Shown: positions 37,756 to 49,639 of the stretch, in pieces
How the letters are laid out: each line of letters begins with the position of its first letter
How positions within the stretch are numbered: the first letter of the stretch is position 1
Source of the DNA: Hydrolagus colliei
Lineage: Eukaryota
NCBI GenBank assembly: GCA_035084275.1
Contig: CM068772.1
Location: 3,100,001 to 3,164,000, forward strand
Length of the DNA stretch: 64,000 bases
Direction of reading: 5' to 3'
The notes under the pieces: generated by a model
Told to the model about the DNA's origin: nothing
The model's database searches: none
Seen by the model: the letters and a program-made list of their open reading frames with translations, nothing else
Made by a program: the position numbers and the translations under genes

Positions 37756-37827
37756 GCTGACCAGCCATCTCCAAAAGAAAAAACAAGGAAGCCAATGAAA
37801 AGCAAACGAAGGAAAATTGTTCGGTAG
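37756..37827 (+). CDS. MBD6: MBD5/6 last coding exon (basic C-terminal NLS-like tail)
   Basis: ggcag|GCT...TAG. ADQPSPKEKTRKPMKSKRRKIVR* versus MBD5 [23 protein letters not shown]. Absent from the ORF track. Confidence 0.88.
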   Translation, partial: ADQPSPKEKTRKPMKSKRRKIVR

Positions 37828-38151
37828 CCCTACGGCCTTGATCAACGCAAATCAAACCCTTTGAAAGGACGTCGATCGATCCTATGCTTGGTTTCCTCCT
37901 TGGAAGCCATTCGGATTCAGTTTATAAAGGGTTTTTAATTTTTTTTACCCACACACACACACACAAAAGAGACTGGAGGGAAGAAATGGAGGGAGGGCTG
38001 GAAGATGGAAGCCAATGCCGTCGTCGCCCCCTGCTGGGCAGAGGCCGCGCGGCATTTGAACCACTGGAGGCAAGTCTGGTACCCAACCTCCCAGTGTTTT
38101 GGGCTTCGTGATTCACCATCCTGCAAGGCAATAACTATCCTTCACTTCAGC

Positions 38152-38157
38152 AATAAA
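38152..38157 (+). terminator. Candidate polyadenylation hexamer of the MBD gene (further AATAAA at 39552 and 40441)
   Basis: AATAAA 325 nt after the stop codon. Which hexamer is used cannot be determined from sequence. Confidence 0.35.
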
Positions 38158-39889
38158 GTGAGGTACAGAGACAGTGCAACCTGTGATTTAAAAACGGGCC
38201 CTTTTTCTTTTCCAAAAGCGCTCGTTTCCCTACCCCACCCCACCCACCCATCCACCACCACCCGATTCTCTCCCATCCTTTGTCCAAAACCAACCAGTTT
38301 CCACTTGAGAAAGGATCTGGATCTGCACTTGAATTTGCCCCCCCCCCCACCCCTACACATCCCTCTCTCTTCCCCCCCCCCCCACCACCACCACCCACCT
38401 CTATCCCCATCCCCAGACTGACTCCACAGCTGTGATCTGTGGCGTTTCTGTTGTGTATAATCTGCCCAAAGTATTTGAATACTTAATATAATGAAATAGA
38501 ATGAAATACTGTACTGTAATTTCTGGAGAAAAAAAATAATCCTAACCTGGCTGTATTTACAAGCTCCACTTTTTCGTATGTAGTTTAAAAAAAACAAAAA
38601 AAAAACAAAAATGTGTTTTTTGTTTGTGTCCAACGTGTGTTTGGAGCGAGCGACTGCGCGGAATAGCAATCTCACTCACGTCCAGCCAGTGTGTCCTTGC
38701 ACCATCTCCCCACCTGGGGACACTGAGGAGTGAACGATTGAAGCAAAACCTGAACAAGAAATAACGTTGCAACGGCGGGCTTCACTCACACTGAATTAAT
38801 CCTGAAGGATGGCAGGTCCCTCGGGCAGGGATTTCTGTACTGACGGTTTGTATTTGGTCTGACTTAACCTCTCGCCTGTTTTCACTGAGGCCTGATATAC
38901 TGGAGAGGCTCAGATGGTACATTGCAGGGAAATGTCATCTGACAACCCGCCCGATCCCAGGCAAAATCCCTCTGCCGTTTGTACGTTACTGCAGCAGTTT
39001 CACAGTTGGCGTCTCTTCCGTGAAGAACTGATAAGGCAGGCGAACGACATCCATTTTGCACAGAACCCATCACAGCTATGGGATCAACCGACAAATACCC
39101 AGAGGATTTCTAGGCTGGGGAAAGGGGGTGGTTGGTGGTGGGGTGGGGGTAGAGAGGGGATCGAATAGTAACTCAACACTCACAATTTCAAGGTTTTTGA
39201 AAAGATGTGGGATTAAAAACACAGTGAAATGGTTGATGGGATCACAACATCAACATGCGCAACACATTCGCACGGCACTGATTGAAGGGACGGGGGAGGG
39301 AATGGTTCAGATTTTTTTTTTAAAAAAGACAATAAGGTATAATCGAGATTTATTAGCCATTTAAATTGTGTAAGCGCTCACTTGGCATCTGCAGTACACA
39401 CACGCACACACACAACTGATTTAGCATTTCCAGCTTAACAAGTCATCTCCAGTCCACTGATTTTCATTTTAATCCCCCTCCCCCCCCACCCCCCTCGCAG
39501 TCGGTGAGCGCATCGTAAATTTACCACGTTTCATCCATAAATAATTACGATAATAAAGGCAAATATTTAAGTTATACACACAACCGATCGACTTAATAAT
39601 GCACACTAAACACAGATTTCAGCACACGTCTCCTTCCTATTATCTGGTAGCCAGTGAAAATTTTGATCAGTCCCAAGTTCTCGTCTGTGTGACAGTCTTG
39701 AGGTTTGTTGGCGTTGTAGCCAGCCTCTGCAGCAAAACCCCAAGCAATCCTATTGTTTATATTGAACAGGATTGGTTCAATCTCTGGTGACACCGTGCAA
39801 CAACCCAATCTATCGACAGAATGAGTTTCTGCTTGAGTCAGGAAAACAAGTGACATCCCTACATTGCCGTGTGACACAGCCTCGGGGAT

Positions 39890-40240
39890 AAACACTCCAC
39901 TACGTTGTGTAGTATAATGATAACAAACCTCACATTGTCGAGAGGTTTCAATCAGCTTCACATTATATACTGTCAAGCGTATCGACTGTATATTTTGCTG
40001 GGTGAAACTCAGCCAAAAGCGGCGTGCGTCCGTCCCCACAAACAGTCGTGGGTCGAGTGATCAAATTATTATTTACTATTTATTTTTTCCAATGGGATTA
40101 TCACCCCGCAGAAAACCCATCCACCAACCCACTAAAAACACAAACGGGTTCTTACTTACTGGTGGGTAAACCGTAGGGGCGTTGCCTTCTCGTTTGCAAG
40201 GCGATCGCTCTCTAACCAACAACGCTACTGGACTCTCCAT
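39890..40240 (-). mobile_element. tRNA-derived SINE, diverged copy
   Basis: Reverse strand GGAGAGTCCAGTAGCGTTGTTGGTTAGAGAGCGATCGCCTTGCAAACGAG head, with body and tail similar to the other copies. Confidence 0.65.
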
Positions 40241-42290
40241 TTACACCTGTTGCAGTAATGTCCAGCGCCACTCGCTGTTACCTTATTTTAGACGAGTTGG
40301 AACATTTGCCATACCTGATAAGCCTACCGTGCTACAGAGTTCGCGTTAAGACCGGGTTCAGAATTTTACACATGCGTTTCTTCCAGTAAATGGCGTTCTG
40401 CTGTAAATCCCGAGGACACTGGGATTAAAATTAAAAACAGAATAAAGGCTTAAGAAAAAGTACGTTCTTTGACAGAGCACTTATTCACAACCGCGCTTTA
40501 TGAATCTTTCAACAGTAAATACAAGTGAGGTCTCGTGGTAGAGGGAATTGCTCAGGCCTGAGCATTTATTCAGCCTCGGTCGTTGCTTTTCATGCAGAAG
40601 AGTTACTGGATGCTTTGCACAGCAAAGTAAATCTGCCTCATCCTGCCCTGTGACTAGATGGCTGTCCTCTAGACACACACACACACACACATCAAGAGGC
40701 AAACTGTGTCAATGCACTAATAATAATCCTTGCGTTTGATATCGCGCCTTATCATGTCCCCAAAGCACTTCAGATCATATACAGTAAATTGAATTGACTG
40801 GACATTTTGGGGGCAAAACACGGCAGCCAATTGAACCAAGCAGTATCGGGCAAATAGTTGTGGATCGAGTGAGCAACTTATATATATATATATGAAACAC
40901 GATACAAGCAGATTCCTGCCAATATTTTCTTTAAAAGCAATTTCCCAGCTCTAATACTAAATTAGCAGCTTGTTCGTTTGGCAGAGGAGAGGGTGAGACT
41001 TCATGAATAAATGAATCCACAGCAATAATATAATACAAACCAAGCTTGAGGCAAAATTGCCCCATTATCACATCAAGTAAGTGAATGGGGTTATTAAAAA
41101 TATAAATCAAAATGAATCATAACCTTGATGATTGTTCTTTTTCTTAAAAAATCCCATCATTTATCCTACCTCAAGGTCGCTGCAGACATAAGACACACTA
41201 AACAAAGCCAGAGATTGGAGCCTCTTTGTAGGCAGGACTTAATTATCCCCAAATTGTCCACCTCCTGCTTAGCTGTGTGTGTGTGTGTGTGTGTGTTGGT
41301 AACACAATCCCTGAACCCCAAGAGGGACTTTGCCTGCTTTCTTCGCTCTTAATAATGATAAGAAATCTTCAGCGTTTCACAAGGGGAAGGCCTTGCTCCT
41401 CACTGACAAGATCACAGACAGTGAGAGACCTTCAAGTCCATTTAAGCAACAGGAAACGAAGGACAGAGGCCTTCCCCACAGGTTAGCTTTACCCCGCTGA
41501 TGCCTGAGGTGACACCTATAGTGAGTGAGCGGGTGAGCGAGTGCAATTCCACGGTTTCCATTTGAAAGCGTTTTTCAAAACCGTAAAACGTTTACCATAA
41601 ACGACAAACCAAAGTGCTGCCTGCTGCTGGCGAGCCACCAGAACAATCCAGGGACTTCAAACAAACACAAAAATCTAATCAGAGCTCAAGGAATGTGGTG
41701 GACCTGAAGCTTTTATACAGTAATATAGACCTCCTGCTGCCAGCCAGCCAGCCTTTAGGAGGAGGCACGCTAGAAAGAAGAAAGTACTCGATATAGGGAT
41801 TCTGCTGCGGAGAAAAAAACAACTAGCAAAATAACGGGCACATTACAGTGAGGCCAAGAGTAGATGAGGGTGTTTTATGCAGTGCAGAGGGGAGTCAAAG
41901 AACAAGAATTGCTAAAAAAAAAAGGGTCATTATAGTCAGATGATATTTATATGCTTTCCTTACTGAAGGGAGTTTGAAATGTACAGGTTATTGATACCAG
42001 CTCATGGAAGGGATGGCTAGATTTGGAAATCTAAAACTGAATCTGATTCCAATGGCTTTCAGGTGTCCTTGATGCGTACTTAAGAAAGGGTTAAATTTGT
42101 GCTTGGGTGTGACGATAGGTTAAACCTGCTAAAGGTCCGTCGAAGCAGGCTTCAAACATTCAATCAATCCAAACAGCGAAGGCTGCCCTTACGGATAATT
42201 GGAACAGTAAATAGTAAAGGTGGACGGTAGAGCAAATAAAATAAAGAGGGGATCGTAGAGATAAGCAAGCAGTGAGGACAAGGTATGTAG

Positions 42291-42296
42291 TTTATT
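42291..42296 (-). terminator. Candidate DCTN2 polyadenylation hexamer
   Basis: TTTATT (AATAAA on minus) ~150 nt after the DCTN2 stop, followed on the minus strand by U-rich sequence (TTTATTTTATTTG). Confidence 0.5.
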
Positions 42297-42447
42297 GGGC
42301 TAGGTGGAATAGGGCAGAGAAGAGGACTTGGAGCATTTTTTTTCCCCAATCGACCGCAACCCGTTAGTTAGATAGTTAGATAGTTAGTTAGTTATTTAGT
42401 GTGTTCTCCACCCGAATCCATCGCTGGCCGACATGAGGCGCTGGCGT

Positions 42448-42534
42448 TTATTTGGTGACGTTCTTCATTCGAGCCTCGATGCCGACAAAATTTCCCTCAA
42501 TCACCGCCAGGTTCTCCTTCATGGTGTTCTGAAC
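42448..42534 (-). CDS. DCTN2: DCTN2 (dynactin p50/dynamitin) last coding exon
   Basis: ctacag|GTT...TAA. VQNTMKENLAVIEGNFVGIEARMKNVTK* versus human [28 protein letters not shown]. Confidence 0.95.
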   Translation of the reverse strand, partial: VQNTMKENLAVIEGNFVGIEARMKNVTK

Positions 42535-42644
42535 CTGTAGCAGACATGGGAGGTGAGTTGACTGGAGAGGCGGGCGAGCGAGCGCACATAAAGTCACGAT
42601 AACTACACCTGCTGCTGACTCATCAGCACTACTCGATAATACTG

Positions 42645-42972
42645 TAATAATATCCTTGCATTTGATATAGTGCTATTCACGTCTTCTAGACGTCTCAAAG
42701 CGCTTCACAGAATATACTGTAAAGTGAATTGACTGTATATTTGTGGGCGAAACGCGACAGCCAATTACGCACAGCAGCATCCCCCACAAACAGCCGTGGA
42801 TTGAAAATGACCAATTTATTACAGGGTTTTTCGAGGGATTATTATCAGGCGTGTGTGTGTGTATGTGTGTGTGGAGCAAGGAAACTTGCTCAAGGTTTCG
42901 CCCTGACTGGAATCGAACCCAGATCTCCCGCATGCAAGGCGAGTGCTCTAACCACTGAGCTACAGGTCTCCT
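42645..42972 (-). mobile_element. Full-length young tRNA-Ala-derived SINE
   Basis: Reverse strand GGAGACCTGTAGCTCAGTGGTTAGAGCACTCGCCTTGCATGCGGGAGATCTGGGTTCGATTCC (A box, TGC anticodon loop, intact B box) through a tail ATCAAATGCAAGGATATTATT. Confidence 0.9.
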
Positions 42973-43339
42973 CCCAGAACTCAGCCAATATCACACACAA
43001 AACCCACTCCACTTTTACAGTATGTATTCCGTGAAGCACTGCGACACGATAAGGGGCTACATCAAGGTCTGCATTTCCGCAAATCCACGACTGAATTCAA
43101 TTGGAGCGTCACAGAATGGAGGAGAGGCTGGTCCAGTGATTACATTACATCCCGAGGCGCCTCTTCTGCAGGCCGAAATAGCAACGTTTTGTTGGTTGTA
43201 TCACACCTTCAGGCTCTCCCAATTTGTGACTACACTTAAAACAGGGGAACTGAACTGGGCAGTAGCCATCTCTGTGTGTGTGTGTGTCTGTGTCTGTGTG
43301 TCTGCGTGTGCGTGTGTGTCTGTGAAGTAAATACTGTAC

Positions 43340-43431
43340 CTGGCTTAACAAAGTTGTGTTTTCCTTCAGTGTGCCTGTGATGATCTGCTGAGTGGAATCC
43401 AGGTGAGTCAGCAGCTGACCAAATTGCATGG
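43340..43431 (-). CDS. DCTN2: DCTN2 coding exon (92 nt)
   Basis: tttcag|CC...CAG|gtacag. (A)[30 protein letters not shown]. Confidence 0.95.
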
Positions 43432-43833
43432 CTGAAACACAATCAGACACGTCAGGCCAGTTCACCAGCAGCTGAACCTCCACACACGCTGACATATATA
43501 TATACACACATATATATATCCCTCCCCAAGAATCTGTCCGTTCCCTCTGGGAAGAGCGAGAGGACTGTGTTCAGCACCCAGCAATTCCATGTTAAGATAA
43601 AAAATATATATATTTTTAATGGTTTAACCATTTAACACACATTGTGCAGTCTGGTTTGGTAAATATTTTCTGCTTTTCTAATCCCTAATCCTCCCTCTTC
43701 CCGCCACCCACCCACCCCACCCCCAGTCCTCTGCTCGGGTCAGATACAGTGACTGTCCAGTGCGTTGGGATGTCCTCCTGACGTGAAAGGCGCTGTCTAT
43801 ACAAGTGTAATTTTGTTGTTGCTGGAATCCTAC

Positions 43834-43936
43834 CTTGCTCATGGAGCTCCTTCACAGTAACTAGCCGCTGGACTACCTGTGGGAGGGTGGTAGCCATTGC
43901 GTCCCATTTCTGCACCAGCTCATACAGCTGAGCTAC
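43834..43936 (-). CDS. DCTN2: DCTN2 coding exon (103 nt)
   Basis: gcag|GTA...CAA G|gtagga. [34 protein letters not shown]. Confidence 0.95.
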
Positions 43937-44237
43937 CTGCAGGCAACAACAGGGAGGGAGGGAGGGAGTGAGTGACCGTGATCTGAGCACATCACAACAA
44001 CACGATGGAACAGGCTCCAGGGGCTGAATAGCCAAACTTCTGTCTCTATGTTCCACGATTGCCTGTCCAGGCGAATGTTAAACGATCTTACGACACCACA
44101 AGGAAACAGAAGTTTCAGCCATCCTCCAGATTAATCTATTATGATTTACGATCAACAAGCTCGGACACAAGATGTGATTAAAGCTAAACTAGATGGTGCA
44201 ACATTTCAGAATGCGCGGATAGAGACAATCGACTGAC

Positions 44238-44309
44238 CTTGCTCTGAGTCTCTGCGTCCTCGCTGGCTGTTTTGTGCTTGGCGATCTCGTTCAGCTTCCC
44301 CAAGACACT
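44238..44309 (-). CDS. DCTN2: DCTN2 coding exon (72 nt)
   Basis: ttaag|AGT...AAG|gtcagt. SVLGKLNEIAKHKTASEDAETQSK. Confidence 0.94.
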
Positions 44310-44760
44310 CTTAAGGGTAAAAGAATAAGAATCATTTCAGATGTGATCAAGAGAGGCATTGGACAGCTGCCACAGGGACCAGAGATGCAATATTTCTTCT
44401 TGGTTTTAAGATCAAGTGCATTGTCTAAGCATTTAAAATGGCGCAGAATGTTTAAAAACTCCCTCATTTTGAAGCCCAGTTTCCAACGGTAAAATAAATA
44501 TAATTATTTAACCAATTTTAATGCCGAATTTAGGAATTTCCCAAATGTGCCCCGCTGTCACTGTTCCCGAGTGGCCCGCAAGGCTCGGTCACTCATTCTC
44601 CCACAGCGTTTCTCAGCCACAGCCTCTATGGCTTCTCTCATTCAGATCCTGCTTCCCAGCAGATCAAGAGTTGGGTCAGACTGGAATATTAAACAGTAGT
44701 ATAAGTAGTTCATCTTCTTCTTCTTCGCCCTCTCATGTCGACACACACTGAGGAACTTAC

Positions 44761-44838
44761 TTGTAATCTTGCTTCAATCTGATCAAGTGTTGCTGAATCC
44801 AATGTGCTCACTTTAGCCTGAAGAATCTCAATGGTTCC
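44761..44838 (-). CDS. DCTN2: DCTN2 coding exon (78 nt)
   Basis: tgtag|GGA...CAA|gtaagt. GTIEILQAKVSTLDSATLDQIEARLQ. Confidence 0.94.
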
Positions 44839-45237
44839 CTACAGGGACAAGGGAAGAAGGAAAGAGAAGTTCAACATCTGACAGATTGAATTTTACAACC
44901 AGTCCCACCCTGACAGTTACGTTTGTCTCTATTGGAATATCACTAGTTTTTTCAGACATCTTCCTGATGTGATAGGCACTTGGTAAATGTAAATAACCCT
45001 TCCTCCAAGCTGATAATATTAATAATAATCCTTGCATTTGATATCGCGCTTTTCACGTTTAATCAATGTCTCAAAGCGCTTCACAGAATTTACTGTAAAG
45101 TGAATGGATTTGTATATTTGTGGGCGAAACGTGGCAGCCAATTGCGCACAGCAGCGTCCCGCAAAACCAGTCGTGGATTGAAATTATTTACAGAGCACCT
45201 TTCACGTCGGGTCTAGGATAAAGACGGAGATGCTTAC

Positions 45238-45276
45238 CATTAGACACGGGCCCTGCAATCCGACAGTAAGTGGGTT
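45238..45276 (-). CDS. DCTN2: DCTN2 coding exon (39 nt)
   Basis: tgtag|AAC...ATG|gtaagc. NPLTVGLQGPCLM versus human NPLSAGLQGACLM. Confidence 0.92.
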
Positions 45277-46594
45277 CTACAGGAAGGAAAAACAAAACAT
45301 AACAAGATAAATGTGATGATTAAAACAAGTAGCGAGATTCTGAAGCCCCTGAGAGCTAACCTGTGCCATTAGCAATGACAGCAATGACCAATTCATCATT
45401 CCTCACTGAAGGAAAAATAGATGTCATTATACCAGGCTAATAATAAGCCTTGTTCACCTTCCAACAAGCAATACAAACATTCGGCTGAGCCAACAGAAAA
45501 GGCAGCAAAAAAAAACTAAATTTGTAAATCCAAAATACAGTAAGATTCGCATGAGTATGATCTGTAATTGCTTAGGTGGTGAATCCACCCAAATCCTGTT
45601 CAAGAGTTTATATTCTATACAAATTTGACTTAACACAAGGCTTAGCATATGCCCTATTAAATGTATGGTCCCACGACTGATGTGACGTTTGCTGTGGATC
45701 AGTTATTTGCATCATCAAAGAGGTTTTCTCTGCCTCTTAAAACGGATGCACACTGGCTTCAGATCAATATATGGGATTACTTCCCTTACTGAGTTAATTC
45801 CTCGGAATTGTCAACCAGATTAAGCGTTACAGAGAGAGAGAGAGAGAGAGAGGGGGAGGGAGGGAAAGAAAAAGTACTGCTGCTGCCGCTGCTGTAATAA
45901 TCCCCGATTACAGGCCGTGTGAGCAGCGAGGGAAATTCTGGTACAGTGAAGATTCTGCGTTGCAACCATCCGCTGGTGATTGAAGAGCAAGGAAATTAAA
46001 CAGACTGTTGGTGGTGGGTGGAAGCCATTTAGAAATTGGTGGCTCGCAACTCAATAACGGCAACACTTGGCAATCATCGTTCCATTTAAGTCCAATCCTG
46101 GGATGGCCTGCCAGTGAGAGAGATCGGCAGTGAATCAGAAATGTAAATCTGGCACGTTGCATCTGGACTGTGAAAGCAGCCAATGGGTCCCGCCTGCTTT
46201 ATTCACGTACTGACTGGCTTCCGTGTGGAAGTATCGAAGTAAAGAAATATCCAAGTTTCCTGAATTAAGTAGTAGTAATAATGATAATAATAATAATCCT
46301 TGCCTTTGATAAGAGTGCCTTATCACACCTTCAAGACCCATTAAAGCACTTCACACGGTAGCCCAAAGCCCAATATCGCATGGGAACCTGCTGGTCCTTG
46401 CACCGTTTCAAGTGATGCTACTCACAATTTTTGCCCCGTCACAAAACATGAGGAACCAGTCAAGGTGATTGACTGAATGAAAGGGAAAACAAAGGCATTC
46501 TATTCCCAAGCAGGGGACATCAGGCGATTTGACAAGCATACAATAAATCTACACATTGGTTGACAAGAAACCAGGCTTGCGAGATTGTCTGTAC

Positions 46595-46660
46595 CTGTTT
46601 ATCAGAGGATGTGCCCACAGCGATCTCCAGCTCTGACAGCCGTTTCTCCAGCTCCGCCAC
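46595..46660 (-). CDS. DCTN2: DCTN2 coding exon (66 nt)
   Basis: tacag|GTG...CAG|gtacag. VAELEKRLSELEIAVGTSSDKQ. Confidence 0.94.
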
Positions 46661-47019
46661 CTGTAGGAAAACATTGACAAAATTGAGACTGAATTTAATA
46701 AAAAATGTAAGAATTTTTAAAATTATTTACACCCACTAATAAACCACCCCCCCAACCCGCACCCCGACCCCCACACGAGAGAAAAACATTGAATCAAATC
46801 TGCAACAATAAAAAACGTGCGATTTTCCATACACAGGTAAGTCCGGAGGGCAGCAGATTTTGTGACTGGGGTAGAAAGAGCTGTGTGTGCTGGGAGACGC
46901 TGCCAGTTTTACCCGGTAAACACTCTACCCATGAGGAACGCCTGTGGATATGACCTCAGCGGTTGCTCACTCGCACTCGTACGCCACTATAACACCCGCC
47001 TCCGTCACCTCATCCTTAC

Positions 47020-47167
47020 CTTTGATGCCTGAGTGAACTTGTACTGCTCCGGTCGGTAGTATAACTCATAAGTGATGGCATTTACATCAGATCCTTTACC
47101 GGAGCTTTTGTCCACCGTCGAGTGTCCCTTTCCACTCTTTGTGACGTCCAGTTGGGCAAGCAGTCGC
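47020..47167 (-). CDS. DCTN2: DCTN2 coding exon (148 nt)
   Basis: gcag|G...AAG|gtaagg. RLLAQLDVTKSGKGHSTVDKSSGKGSDVNAITYELYYRPEQYKFTQASK. Confidence 0.94.
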
Positions 47168-47589
47168 CTGCACACAGATCACAAAGAATAATTAGCGCGG
47201 ATGATGTACAATACCATTATGTTTTGCGACAGGATTCACATTTCAGATGTAATGTACTGTCACTCTAATACGTATTGTTTGGAGGCTAGACCGACTACCA
47301 CATTTGCTTTCATAACAACATTCTCCCACCATTCATTACACATTTCTTGTAGATGCATTTCCACCCTTATTTGTTCGAGTCATTAGTTTTGTGTCCCTGA
47401 CTGCGTCTGCCTTCAACGAGCTTGATGTTGCAGAAAAAATTCTCAAAATTGAGACTGAATTAAAAGTGTTCCAGAACCCCCGCACCAGCTCAAGACACAA
47501 AGGCAAACGGTGAGAGATTTTCAGCCCCTGACACTGCAGGCTGAGGGGAGAACGGTCAGGCTGTGATGCACAATGAACCTCATAGAGCA

Positions 47590-47797
47590 TGGTGCCGTTT
47601 GGAACTCCATCCTACAGTCCCTACACCTCACCTCACCCCACCCTCCCTTGCCTGCTTCAAGGCTTGTCTCGATACCTTTCTCTTCGACGTTGCCTCCAAC
47701 CCCCTACCACCCTCCCACCGATCCTGATCCCTGTCCAGCGCCTTGGGACGTCCTCCCAACGTGAAAGGCACCGTGTAAATTTAATTTGTTGCCGTTG
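47590..47797 (+). mobile_element. L2 LINE 3' fragment
   Basis: TGGAACTCCATCCTACAGTCCCTACACCTC...CAGCGCCTTGGGACGTCCTCCCAACGTGAAAGGCAC...TTTGTTG. Confidence 0.78.
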
Positions 47798-47808
47798 GCG
47801 TCCCTTAC

Positions 47809-47969
47809 TTGGCCAGGGCCCCCTCGGGATCGGTCAAGTCAATGGCCGCGTCCGGTCCCAGCACCTTCTCCAGCTGTAGTGTGACCAGGTGCTGCTTCAG
47901 GGTTGAGACTTGGTTGGCCAAAGCCACTGGGGTCAACTTCTCTTCAGCAGAAGAATCCTTCACTGTACT
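47809..47969 (-). CDS. DCTN2: DCTN2 coding exon (161 nt)
   Basis: cctag|AGT...GCC AA|gtaagg. [53 protein letters not shown](K). Confidence 0.95.
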
Positions 47970-49639
47970 CTAGGAGAGAAAGGCAAGGTCGTCAGTCAGC
48001 GAGTACTTTTTTGGTTTTTTTTAAAAACCTCCGGGGAAAGGAACATTCTCAAATTGATTAATATAAACGCAATATGATAGACCCTGTCTCTGCAATAGCC
48101 CTACACAGCAGAACTCAAAATCAACCCCGCTATCCTGGATCTGCCAGGTTTACAGTAAAAATCACCTACATCTTTTCCACCCGGACAAAATCTTCCAATC
48201 AGTTTGCGTGGACTCAGATTCTAAATGGTTCACTCCTACCTCTCACTGCACAATGAAGGGCGACATTTCCATTGTATTCTCTACACTACAGGGTATGTTC
48301 ACAAACTACTGTTTACCCATCACGTTTTTCCTTAAGATAATTTTATTTTCTGTTGCAGATGAGTTGTTATCAGTGGCATTAGTGAGTTCCACACATTTCA
48401 GTTGTCAGTCAGTGCATTGTAGGAAAGGAGATGACTGCGGTGGGGGAGGGGGGGGGGGCAGGGGGGAAGATGGGGGGCAGGTAAATAGGAGTTTGTGAAC
48501 AGACTGTACATGAGGTGCTACTCAAGAACCACCAAGCTCAATGAATATACCAAACCAGCGATGGAATGAGGGAAACACATTGTATACAAGTTCTCTGCGG
48601 CAGACCTCTGCCGCAGTTCTCTGCGGCAGACCACAGTTTAGAAAGGGATTCAAATCAACGTTTGAGAAAGGTGAGGAATATTACTGGGTCCCGGAAAACG
48701 CGATTAGCTGAAGCGATTCATGTGGAGAAAAACAGCGGCTTGTTCCTGCAGTCAACGGTTACAGTATCAATACCACAAGTGTGAAATAGTATTAAAATAA
48801 ATCTGTCAAGATGAAGCACTAATGCAGGCAAAACGGTGATATATTTTAGCAGTCCACAAACACGTACACAGAAATCTTGTTTGGTTTTTGTGCTGAAATT
48901 TTTCAATCAAGGTTTTCAAACCAGCCGTGAAATGCATTACCGCTGTCTCGGTTGGCTTATCAGCCCTCTCCACAGCTGGCTGGCTATCTGACAAAAGACA
49001 TGGACACCACGCGGGACTGTGGACACAAGCTCAGAATACTGATAGGAAGCACAATGCTGTAAAGGACGGGGCTTTCAATTCAAAGAACTCCTTCCCGTGC
49101 AATTTAAAATAATATGTTGTTGTTATGACAAGTAATATCTCCTGCGTTCCACTGTCAAGTTTATGTCCCCCACCTACAGCAGAGACTTGTGCAAACAGCA
49201 TCGCAATGGTGGCTCTCCGCAAGCTGGAGTCTATGATTAACTCTGGTAGGTGTGAAGCAGATTGCTCCCTGGGTTACTGCTTTGTGCAGCAGGATTTAAA
49301 GGCCTCGTTTCATATTGCTCTGTGCTTCTGCACATACACAACCCCACAAACGATTATCGTTGTTATTGTCGCACAAACCTCCTCCACGTACTGTCAGAGG
49401 CAAGGCTCCTATCAGAGACTTGCTGGGCTCACCTTCTTTATACAGCACATTTAGATGTGAACAAAGACATTAGTCAAGCCGGGGAGATTTATAACAAAAT
49501 AAAAACTGCTCCTCCCATGAATTCCTGCTCGCCTCTGTCAATTGATCTCAGAATGAATTATTCAGGCTTGTTGGTCGAGCACAGTCCCGTTTGCATCTTC
49601 TTGTCAATAAATGTAATGCATATTGCAATTTGTTAAATA

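Noticed and set aside
41166-41173. CTACCTCA let-7 seed match
   Set aside because: 3.3 kb past the MBD stop and beyond several AATAAA hexamers. A single 8-mer is expected by chance.
42900-42972. tRNA-Ala(TGC) gene (also 52640-52710)
   Set aside because: A/B boxes and an anticodon arm are present, but the acceptor stem is not convincing and the sequence continues into SINE body and tail.
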